A DNA stretch of 64,000 nt. Origin: Ramazzottius varieornatus (lineage: Eukaryota > Animalia > Tardigrada). Where the stretch lies: positions 2,028,827-2,092,826 of the forward strand of contig BDGG01000006.1 of the NCBI GenBank assembly GCA_001949185.1, given 5' to 3'. Shown in pieces: positions 53,556 through 64,000 of this stretch (the stretch's first letter is position 1; every line of letters begins with the position of its first letter). The notes under the pieces were generated by a model. That model ran no database searches. It was not told the DNA's origin and saw nothing but the letters and a program-made list of their open reading frames with translations. The position numbers and the translations under genes are program-made.

Positions 53556-55235
53556 ACTTTGAAAGATGTGTTTCGCTAAGTTGAGAGCTTTTCACATGTT
53601 GAAGCAATGGTAACACGCGCCACTTGATACGGGATGTGTGCTACTGGATGTTTCAAGTCCCACCCCTGCTTTCAGCCAATCAAATTCGTGTACTCACAAA
53701 GAGAACGATCGTATTTTGCAAACACGAAAAGCTTAGTGCTGTAAGTGCTAAACAGCGACAAGCACGGGCATCTCTCCACGAGGAAAATTCCACCTGCAAC
53801 ACTGCACACGGCAGTCTTCTGACCACAGCACCACATGATAAAAAGCGTACCTGGTGGACCTATGTCGCCTTCAGTACATATAGAGTAAGGAATAGAAGCT
53901 GGATAAATGTCGTTGGAACTGGAAGAACGATGAGATGAAGAAAATCTGTGTAGGGCTGATGAGCTGGCTTTTCCGTCGGTTCTTCGCTTGAAGTCTCGAA
54001 ACCTGTAAATCTGTCCAGCGACAGATTTGTCGACCACAGCACCACAGGGCACTTTCGTACCTGGTAATCTGCCGCGGCCTTCGGGAGATTCACAAAATGC
54101 TGCTGCGAGTAGAGGAAGGCGAAATAGAACGCGAAGGAAGTCCATGTCAAGCAGGAGATAAAACTGATCCAATTAATGGTCCAAAGTATTGTAAAGTGTG
54201 TTTAGTGGTAAGCAAAGTAATTGTATCAACTGTATGTTTCAGTTCCACCCTATCTCAAGTGAAAATGTTACAGAGCGCTCGCAAAATGACGGAAAATAGC
54301 CTGACGGGACGCCGGAGTAAAAACTCTGGCCACAGGATGGACGAAGGATCGCCTTCGGGTACTTCTTCCTGCTCCTTCTCCTGGCGGACAAATCTTTAGT
54401 GTTCTGCATATTGTGGTTCAACCTAGAGGATGCAGTTTTCGTGGTTGTTTCTGGGTTTTTCCAACTTTGAATAGGCTGAATTTGAATACTTTTGTTTTTA
54501 TAGAATCTTGTTCCTGATGACGTCGGTTACCGGGATCTTCAATGTTCGAATCTTGGAGCAATAAAACATCATCATCAGCATCCTGAAATCCCGTTTGAGA
54601 ACCTCACGAACGATGAACTTTCCCCGTAAGATATTTACGGAAAAGAATTTTGCAAACGTGTTTGTGTACTACGCCATCAAACCAGCAATCGTTCCTTCGG
54701 AATCGAAGTAAGTTTGTATAGACCTTCCTGTAAATCTGCAAGGAGTGGAGGCGTGGCCTTTTCAGTCTGCTGGTCTTTACAGTGCGGAGAAAAACCGTTG
54801 AATCGCTTTTTCACCATGCGATCGAGAGCAGTTTAGATTTTGGGTCCCTGGAAAAACTAGACATCGGGTGTGGACCTTGTTGTTTTGTTGACATAAAAAT
54901 TAATAACACGCTGCTTCGACAACCAAAAGAGTCCTGAGATCAGAGTGAGAAAAGACGGTGGTACAAGCAATTTTCAGAGCGGCAGGGAGCCAACCGAACT
55001 TCTGCCAGACTGTACTTTAACGTCGACGATGTTACGATGCCGTCCCGGGTTGCTAACTGCCAAGTTCTTCTGTCCACTTATGCTGAGATATACGGTATTG
55101 CGTAATGAATTTGTTGGCCAAAACAGAGTAGGAGATTGGTGAAACGCCACCGGCATGTCCCTTTATTTCTTTAGTTTTTACGGACTCCCGGGTTGACTGT
55201 GATAGTCATTCTTTCGCCCACCAACCAGTTACTCG

Positions 55236-55691
55236 ATGGCTCTCGCATTTTCCTTGTGGCCTCTATCGTCCGTTTTGGTTTTTCTCTGCCTACAGAGCAG
55301 TGATGGACAGGTCGCGAAACCCATAATAGTCTCCGCTACTGCATTGTCAGATGGTCAGCGATACATGCCAGCGGGTTCCATCCTCGCGACGTTGACCGTT
55401 ACCGGCGGAACTCCACCCCTCATCTTTGTCGATCCCAGTGCCGACAGGTATCCTCCTGACTCGGTGTTCATGCTTGTCTTATCGTACGGAGTTCAAGCAA
55501 GCCGAGACGCATTTTTTGTTTTCCTTCACAGGTTCTTTAAAGTCCTGAAAGCCACACCGAGTACAACCGGGAACCAGGCGTGGATCATAAACCGAGTCCC
55601 ATTCGGCCTTGGGAAGTATATTGTACCTGTCACCGCCACCGACAGTAAAGGCTTGACAGGAACTCAAACCACTGAGATTACGATCGTATGA
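55236..55691 (+). CDS. Small secreted protein consisting of one cadherin-like domain (~123 aa after removing intron 55448-55531)
   Basis: Signal MALAFSLWPLSSVLVFLCLQSSDG. Cadherin-like strands PAGSILATLTVTGG..YIVPVTATDSKGLTGTQTTEITIV*. In-frame 84-nt GT-AG intron. Confidence 0.65.
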   Translation: MALAFSLWPLSSVLVFLCLQSSDGQVAKPIIVSATALSDGQRYMPAGSILATLTVTGGTPPLIFVDPSADRYPPDSVFMLVLSYGVQASRDAFFVFLHRFFKVLKATPSTTGNQAWIINRVPFGLGKYIVPVTATDSKGLTGTQTTEITIV

Positions 55692-56640
55692 CTTTCGGGA
55701 ATAGAACTGATCGAAAGACTTGCTCAAATGTTATCACAGTGATGATCAAGAACTTGCTTCGGAAAATCTTAAAACAGTAGGATGGGAAAGGATAAACGAT
55801 CGATCTAAACGCCCATTTTCAACCATAAAAACAAACTAGAGTGGTCAAACCAATGAGTACGTGTGAAAAACGGATAAAACAATAAACCCTAAATTGAAAC
55901 CTTGAGAGACAGCCTGGTCGTTCATCATACATGCATTCTATTGCCAGTCAAACCGGCACAGTCGTCATTCTGGTCTGAGTTGGTTACCACATTCAAAACA
56001 TCCATCCACCTGAAACCAAGTCCAAGGGTGGACTTAATGTAAAAATGCGCGTCAGAACGAGGTTACTATTCAAGTACCTGTTGAAAGTGTATTCGTTCTC
56101 CGTGCGACAGAAATATGTGTGGGATTTGAAGTGAAACTTGAATACGTGGTCCTTGAGTATAGTATCTTCAACCGACACGGTAGCTAATTAGCGGTAGACT
56201 GGCCAGCGGTGCGCTTTCCTGATAGTTCTTGAAGAAGTACATGCAGAAGTTGAAGAAGACCACCCACAGCTTCGGCCAGCCGTCGCTACTCTTGAAATTC
56301 CACAACAGGAAACCGCACAGCTGATACTGCAAAGACCAACAACCCTTAAGTCACTTCAGAATATGCAAGTAATGCGAAGTCAAGTGAACCTGGAACGACT
56401 TTGAGAGTTACGGTGCCAGCAGACGTGAAGGGTGGTGTTTCACGGTGTTGTCATCTGGCTCTTTTCGGAAGGGGATTTGGTCCGTAGAGTATCGCTGTCA
56501 CCGATAGTGCCGGTAGGATGAGCAGAAGACCTAAATGCATTGTGCTGTATTGCAGGACTTTATCGTAGGCAGGACGTTCCGATTGGTCAATGGCGGTTTG
56601 CAGGTCGTGAAGGCACTTGGACTTTTGTTCTACCGAAGTA

Positions 56641-57565
56641 CCATTGCGATCAGGAACGTGAGGAGATGGTAAGTCAATCAACCAAAACAAAGGCGGAGTT
56701 TGATAAACTTGATTGAAGGCACTCTCTGAATCACTTCACAGACCCTTATTGAGAAGAAGGTCCTCCGAACGCTTTTCCATCGTTCCGTACAACTTTCTAC
56801 AAAGCTCAGGGGTTACTAATCTATCCCATGCTTCATACCACAACCTTTCTAAATCCTGCTGCGTATTCGGACACCTCTTTCCGGTATATCGCCAAATGAT
56901 ATTCCAAACATTCTCGATGGGATTTATATCTGGAGATAACGATGGCCACGTAAGAACGGACAATCGACACTTTTTGAGGTAGGCTTGGACTAGCCCGGCT
57001 TTGTGAGACGGTGGGTGATCGTGCATCTAACTGACTCGCTTCTTCATTCTGCGGCGTTCCCTGATCTTCCGCATTACTTTCCGGGCAAGCAGCACCGAGT
57101 AACTGAAGTGGCGGATGGATCCGTCAACAATGAAAAACGATAGCGGTCCGTCCCGAGTAATCGCTCCGTGACACACAACGCTGAAGCGTCCACGTCACTG
57201 ACCCTGTGGCCTCGACTTATTCTTGACTATATTACAGTGAATGCGAAAACGCAAAATCTTGTTGAGATAATTGAGGTCAGTATTGAGGTTAGGCTATTAG
57301 GCACTTATAACATGTAATAGTCTAACACTAATGTAATAGATATGGATAGAGGCAGTGACAGAGGTAGCTATGGATATCACAGAAGCGATCACATGAACTG
57401 AAAAGTCAGTAAGACTCCCGGTATCACAAAGGGACACCTGTTACGCCTGAAACAGCTGACTGAACCGGAAACGTTGATCAAGGCTTTTGCTTGCCGTGAC
57501 GTCACGTTATACAGTCGTTTTTGGTTGATTGATTTGCCATGTTCTCACGTTCCTGATCGCAATGG
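56641..57565 (-). mobile_element. Internally deleted Tc1-type element (925 bp), TA TSD
   Basis: TIRs CCATTGCGATCAGGAACGTGAG..TCAATCAACCAAAA / TTTTGGTTGATTGA..CTCACGTTCCTGATCGCAATGG flanked by TA. DD34E C-terminal peptide HDHPPSH..WPSLSPDINPIENVW. Confidence 0.9.
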
Positions 57566-58941
57566 TACAACACAAAAGGTTGAGCAACCGAAAATCTATT
57601 CGCCATGACGATGGATTTTTTGGACGACCTGGCAGCTATCAGCCCTATGAAGGCCCAACTCCTCCATAGATCGCAAAGTAAAAGTCCATGCCGTGCTTGG
57701 GTCCTGTACTGTCTTCGATCATCATGCCACGGACACCGAGTCGTCCCTGGACCTTGAAATGAACCTTAGAGGTGGCGACATGGTTGCAGCAGAGCAAGAA
57801 AAAACGGCAAATGCGAGAGACAAAAAAGTAACTGTTGAAGAAAGTACGATAAGAAAATCGAAACTGAACAAATCCAAGTGTTTTCATCGACCTGCATACA
57901 AGCCAAACCGCTGGTCGTTGTATACCAGGTATGTATATGGTGAGCCGGGCGAGTCAAAAGTCCACACTACTTTCACCGCGGGTACATGCGCGGATAAACT
58001 CCATGCGAGCTGAAACACTTTTTTCGCGCATCCATCCGCGGACTGTGACAAGAGTTTCACCGCGGGTGTACGCGCGGATAAACCCCTTTTTCCGCGCATG
58101 GATGCGCGGAGCAATTCTTGTCATAGTCTGCGGATGGATGCGCGATGAAACTGACTTTATCCGCGGGTGCGCGGAGATGTATTACTCCGCGGGCAAAAGT
58201 ATTGTACGGAATCGGCGGTTCAGTGTATAGAATTTGCGGCTTTCGGCTATACAGGACCGCGAGTCGGAGAACGGAGTGGTCTAGCGATATCAGTACGGAT
58301 CCGTTACAACATGCAAAGGCGGACCCTGCGGAAAAAAACACCAGCTTTGCAGTGGTAACTTTTTCGCTGTTTTATCAAATCATTTCCAAATTTTCCTCAG
58401 CGTCTTCCTTCAGACAGTCCATCCTTCTTCCATGGATTTCAGGAGGCCTTATCCAGCGCAGACACGCACATGAAGACACGCACCTGCGTGCGCAGAGGAT
58501 AGCCACGATAGTCCCACTCACTTGCTGTATATACACCTCAACCGAAAGACAGAGACAGAGCAAAGACTGGTAAGTGAAGACTTACCTTCCCTAAATGCCA
58601 GAAAACACTCAAGCGGCGTACGGAGACGCTCTGCAAAGAAGCACAGCATGGAACAGTACAAGAAGAAGTGGCGGGAGCCTGCAGGCCAGAATATTATCTT
58701 CTCGGGCTGGGCTTTTCATATTGCGGATGATGGAGCGCTTGGCGTAGTCCAGACGCTTCTTTCTGAGTTGCTGGGCTTGTTCTCGTGAACCGGAACGTCC
58801 CAGTACGTTTCAGATCCTACATACAGCATGGCCGAACTTTAGCTGAAAGCTAGAAGAAAACCAAAATCAGGAGCGAGAAGGCTCGGCTGGCGAAATCACA
58901 ATTTCGGAAAATTAGTTTTCATTTTGCTGCAAGTAGGGGTA

Positions 58942-59348
58942 CACGCACTACAAGGTATTACGGGCCAGGCGGAAAAGACGGCAAATTTACAATTTGTATG
59001 GAAGTCAGAAACAGAAATCGCACAAATGACGTAACGTAGTAGAATTCAACCGTAGAAAATTGTCATGGACAGTGGCCATCAGCTGATCAGCTGTTTTACT
59101 CTGACGCTTCTATGCTGCTGTCGACTTTCTCCCGGAATAGTTTGAACTGTCGAAGGTATGATGAAGATCTGATTGCCATAACATTAATATGACAAGCTTT
59201 AGCTCCTCGGCCCAATATCCAGCACGCACGTACAGCAGTGCAGCCTTCGATGTGGTTTTTACCTGAAGCAAGAATCACCTGCCCGTGCCGCTGTACAAAA
59301 AGGCATGGTCCGTAATTTTTACTGGCCCGTAATATCTCGTGGTGCGTG
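58942..59348. mobile_element. TA-flanked MITE nested in the IS3EU-like element
   Basis: TA|CACGCACTACAAGGTATTACGGGCCAG ... CTGGCCCGTAATATCTCGTGGTGCGTG|TA. Confidence 0.75.
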
Positions 59349-59476
59349 TACGGTACAACAGTAGTGTGTACAGCCGTATGGTCGTACGCTATGCATTCAA
59401 GTATGGGCCGTGTACGACGTCATCGATTTTAGCCTATCTGGTTCGCACCTAATATCGGGTGGTAGAAGGATTGGCA

Positions 59477-60302
59477 CTACCTCGATGGTACTCCGTGTAC
59501 GGCAATGGCTGACTGGAACAGACTGAGGATCGTTGATGCGCGGTTGTTCGTAGTACAGTACAGATAAGCTATCAGTCGAGAAAACCCATCGATTCCACCA
59601 GGAATTACAAAACCCCAGGTTATCAGCTTATGGTTCGAGTCGATATGCCACAGTGCGTTGGGTCCTGCGATTCTGTAAACAGGGCGGGGTATGATGCTTC
59701 CAAAGCGACGGACAGCCCCAGATGGATCAGCTCGACGAATCGAGTCGCTGATACGAGATCGCTTCACACGAAGTCCCAGGCTACGTAGCGCACCAGAAAT
59801 GATGACACTGCCAGCACCCTGCTGACCTGCAACAATCTCTCCTACCGTAGCGTCTAGATTTTCGTCCGTGATGTTCGCGTAGGAGTAAGGATCTCTGAAG
59901 GCTAGTTCAGTTCGGCGTCGTTGAAGGGTTGACTTGGAGATTCCCAGGAGGTTCTGAATGCTAGTACACTTCAAGCCTTCTCTTCGAAGGTACGTCAGTA
60001 CAGCATCGTCTACGGTCTTCTGCGGCGCGGCCCTTGGCACCGTTCACTTCCACCGGATGATTCACTTCATCTGGGAAAGCTTGGAGAACACTTTCGACGC
60101 GGGCGAGAAGCTCTCGAGCCCGCTCCGCTATACCTTCAGCCACACTCGGGTCAACGTTGAGCTGGATGACGGGAACGATTTCACCGATCCGCTGTAATCG
60201 ATCAACCTCGAGCAGTAGCCTATCTTTATCATGACCAGACGTCGTTAATACCAGCACTGTCCTGTCAATCAGTTCGAATAAAACACGCGAAACGTGGCTC
60301 AC
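59477..60302 (-). pseudogene. Integrase-core (IS3/IS481-like DDE) transposase with HTH, frameshifted and 3'-truncated
   Basis: GR(P)-x-[79 protein letters not shown]. Frameshift near 60030. Confidence 0.85.
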
Positions 60303-61254
60303 ATTTTGCGTAGCCGGACTGTAAAGCGGCGCAGCAGTTCTAATTCTGTTATCTTCTGCCGCTGAATTTCAGCGCGGTCCGAAGGACAGCATCCGTCTTC
60401 CCGCAAAATTAGCAGCTTGCGTCTCGAGTCGCGGTAGGGCGTACCGAACCGCAGATTCCGTACAACACTTCTGCGCGCGGAGTAATACATTTCTCCGCGC
60501 ATCCACCCGCGGATAAAGTCAGTTTCTCCGCGCATACACCCGAGGACTGAGCCAAACCGCGCGTGCATGCGCGGTAAAAGTACTGTGGACTTTTACTCGT
60601 CCGGCTCACCATATATGCATATATATCCATATAAACTTCACAATTCGGGCGGGCCAATTTTCTCATCATAATTCGGGCGGCGTGAAAAGTTGACACGTTA
60701 TTTACTATGCTGTATTGATTGATAATCGTACATCGGCCGTTCGCAAAAGAGCTTATTTACCGGAATAGTTATTCAGCTGTATAGCACGGTAATACCGGTA
60801 GTGTGGAAGCATGGTCTAAAACCTGGTTGGAGTGACGGCCGAGGTAATCAGACATGCCCACGAACATTTGATGACGTCAGAATTTTACTGAAAAATGAAT
60901 TGTGAAACCATGGCAAAATAACAGGAAGAGAATAAGATGGAATGAGGCACATCAAGTGGATGATGTGGTACCGTGGATTCCATCTTTAGGGTTTTAGTCT
61001 TCTTCACCTTTGCCACTTCGAATTTCGGAAGTTTTTCTACTCGAGAGCGACGCTTAGAATAAAAATAAAGGCGGCATTTGTAGAAAAACTGAGCAACTTC
61101 GGAAATTATGGCTGAAAGACCACAGCTAAAATCCAGAGAGCCAAAGTTCTTTTCTTGTCAGTTTATCAGGAGACTTTCCGAAAGGGAAGAGTTGAACACA
61201 GCGACCGTAGGGTGGTGCGTGATAACTGTGGTAGCTCATAATGGCAGGCGACAG

Positions 61255-61520
61255 TGCTGTATTTAGTTTTACTCCAAGATTTAGTTCCAGTTCTGCTCCA
61301 GAGTAAAATAATTCACTCCCACGGTTCACAGTTTCAGTTCTCACAATCCAGTTTTACTCCCAACCAATTCAGTTTTACTCTCGTTCAACGGCATTTTACT
61401 CTCTCGATTTTCAGTTATACTCCCGAGATTTAGTTTTACTCCCGACCAACTTAGTTTTACTATCATTTTATTGTTGCAAATTTTAATTCCAGTCCCGAGG
61501 TTTAGTTTCAGTTCCGAAAA
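61255..61520. repeat. Degenerate ~20-bp tandem repeat with AGTTTTACTCC core (second patch at ~62385-62470)
   Basis: Recurrent AGTTTTACTC(C) at ~61265, 61350, 61371, 61412, 61432, 61453 and ~62387. Confidence 0.6.
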
Positions 61521-64000
61521 ATCTAGATTGAATCTTTTCAGGAACATTTTTGTCTTTTGAATCTGAATTTTGGTCCTGACTTTGAATTTCAGGGTGTTGT
61601 CTCTAGCGTGATTGACCATACTCACATGGAAACCAGAGGTATCTTAGTGAAGCCTCGCGGGACATTTAGACAAAACGGGAAGGCAAAAACATTGGAGAAT
61701 CGGATACCCCGCTTACGTCGCGCACCTTATAAATAACGCAAGGTTTCGCCTTTCTTTACCCTCCCGGTTCTGGACGAATGCGAACCGCCCTCAGATCGCA
61801 TTGTTGCCAGCCACAATAAAGGGCTCTGTGGAACGTTCTAATGCAAAAATAGGAATGTTTCGAAAGAGCGGAAGTACCGTAGAAATTTCGAATCGTGAGC
61901 GGCACCAAAGGAAAGTTATGGTTACTGTCTGGTTGCCATTATGAAGTCTAGGACACTGTGAAATCTTTCTGCCAGGCATAACGGTAGCCGGAGACTAGAC
62001 CTCAATGTTGCAAGTCAGCTCAAGAGTGCACATCGAACAAAACGCTGTTGCAAAACTGCGGGAGGTGGAACTGGAGACTAACCTTCACACACCAGGAAGA
62101 GCGAACCTGATACTGAAGGACTATCACCATGCCGGAAAATCAGAGCACCTCCAACGAGAAAGAAAAATTTCCTCCAGAGTGGCTGCAAAAAATGGCTGCG
62201 GAGAGCTCATCTTTTCTCTTCCCCAATGCTCTTATAGTACAGCCACGAAAACGATGCCGAAAACGTGACTGAAGTACCGTGCTCGTATGGGTGGATAACC
62301 TGATCAGAAACTCCGAGGTTCGAAGCCAGTTGAGATTTTTGAAAATCTTCGTCGGGGGAGTAACAGGTCATACTTCCGCACCTGATAGTTTTACTCCCAG
62401 CTTTCCTATTTCACTCCTGACAGTTTTAGTATTACTCTCAGTTTAACTCTCGGAAGTAAAACTGTAACTGAAGAAAAGAGTGAATCGAATCTACTCTAGA
62501 GTATAACTAAATACAGCACTGGCAAGCGACAAGCACATGTACATACCACCCGAGCTGAACACTGGTGCGTGACTAATCTGGTAACTTACAATGGGACGCG
62601 ACAAGCACATGTATACGCCACCTGGTATGCGTGAATTGACGCAGGCATTGCAGCACACTTTGGACGATTTCTGGATTTTCTTCTCGTCTCCTAGTATCCT
62701 ATTGTCTGCCTTGCTTTCCCTCATTTGTCCTGGAGCACGTAAGTGACCAGCCTGCACGGAAGTCACCAGAGGATGTCTGGTGGATCACCGGCTGCCTGAC
62801 TGACTTTATTTTAGGTTGAAGCCCGGTGATGGCTTGTCCGGTTTCTCCCGTCATCGCTTTCTCCCGTCATTCGTTTCCTGTCTTCTCGTTCCCTTTTCTC
62901 CCGATTATGTTCGCTGAGGTAAGTGATCCGCCTTCATGGAAGGCACCGTGGAGTATACGGTGAATCTTTGGCTACCTGACTCGGTTCTTTCAGGTTAGCC
63001 GACGGTGCCCAGTGTTAGCGTGCCTACATACTCCTGCCGTCTTCTGCTGGGTGTTTGTGTCTTCCTGGACCCAGTGTCGTCTTCCCTTCAGGTCGTCCCC
63101 GTCTTCCGCAGTTCCTTCGTAGTCTGCCTGGAAAACCTAAAGATGGGATCCACCTTCCTGTGTTATCCTTTTCCTCTTGGTGTGGTCTTAATATACGTAT
63201 TTACTTTTTAGTAAAATGTGACGTCGTCAGTTCTGATGGGCGTGTCCGTGTGTTCCTGCCTCCTTCAATCAGGTTTGAAATCGTGTTCCCACTGATATGA
63301 TATTAGCGTGTTACACAGCTGTAAAACTAGTACTCAAATGACCCTGCTATCGTTTAAGAGATTTATTGAAACCCCAATCGTGTCTGGCGAAGGCGGGGTT
63401 CGACGGCACGTAGCGATAAATCACGTTGGGACGATCGCAGCTACACAAATAATATTGGAAGGTAACCGGAACGATGATTCTGCTGACAAAAAAACATCTG
63501 CGACAGTAGTTGGAGGCACTTGAAAGCACCTGGACCCATAGGCATCTCGGTTCGACGCTTCAGCTTCCACGTTCGGACTGTGAGTTCACCAGTTTTAGGG
63601 CTGTTGATGCGAAAAGAAAGACCGTGATCGCGGTCTGCAAAGTTGAATGATGTCTGTCCATAAAATATTTGTGGCAATGAAATGTCCAGAAATATCTTCA
63701 TTTCAAATTCATAAACACAAGTGGCAGCACCTGCAGAACAGCGGCCCCGTTCCTAGCAGGCCAAAGTCGGAACCTGCCAAGCCCATGCTTAACACTACCA
63801 GTGCGATAGGGTGCAAACGATCCAAATGCCGCACTTCTCGCCAGAGTTCTTGCACGAGTACGGGCTTGATATCAAGCGTATTAGCATGATACTTTTTGCT
63901 TTAGTCAGATAAATCCTTTTGCATGTGGTGAAAAGTATTGGACAAGGGCTGAACAAACCAGAAACGTTCAGCAATCAGCAATAAGTGGTTCGCGGAGGGA

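Larger units (their letters stand above)
57936..60613 (-). mobile_element. IS3EU-like DNA transposon (2678 bp), decayed parent of the TATGG..CCATA MITEs
   Basis: Long imperfect TIRs beginning TATGGTGAGCCGG / ending CCGGCTCACCATA. TSD TATGTA (57930-35) / TATGCA (60614-19). Internal integrase-type transposase. Confidence 0.82.

Noticed and set aside
53672-54560. ORF fragments possibly from another transposase
   Set aside because: No catalytic motif could be identified.
62526-63190. Short direct repeats and a pyrimidine-rich stretch suggesting an LTR
   Set aside because: No TG..CA pair, PBS, PPT or second LTR copy is visible.

Overview
Eukaryotic (metazoan) genomic DNA with short GT-AG introns and three 50-N assembly gaps. 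The compact gene structure and gene families suggest a small-genome invertebrate such as a tardigrade, but this is inference and the species cannot be determined from the sequence. The first ~31 kb is gene-dense: a secreted Cys-rich protein, an APD1-4-like membrane protein, SIRT1, a MATH-BTB pseudogene, a GT10 alpha-1,3-fucosyltransferase, a Cad96Ca-type receptor tyrosine kinase, a divergent frameshifted H3.3-derived histone and a complete 25-exon mTOR. The last ~33 kb holds mostly decayed transposons (pogo, CRE-clade non-LTR, piggyBac, Tc1, IS3EU-like and many MITEs), interspersed with small secreted or surface protein genes (Ly6/quiver-like, lipocalin-like, single cadherin-like domain). The most striking unexplained structure is a family of 9 clear and 2 degenerate palindromic elements (AAGTGGCGCA-N27-TGCGCCACTT inside longer, divergent inverted arms). 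They occur in both orientations with a nearly invariant 27-nt spacer, and by eye only in the long introns of mTOR. Also notable are a 2.7-kb IS3EU-like element with its derived MITEs (6-bp TSDs) and an H3.3-derived variant carrying K36I and S10D. Exon boundaries were read by eye and may be off by a few bases.
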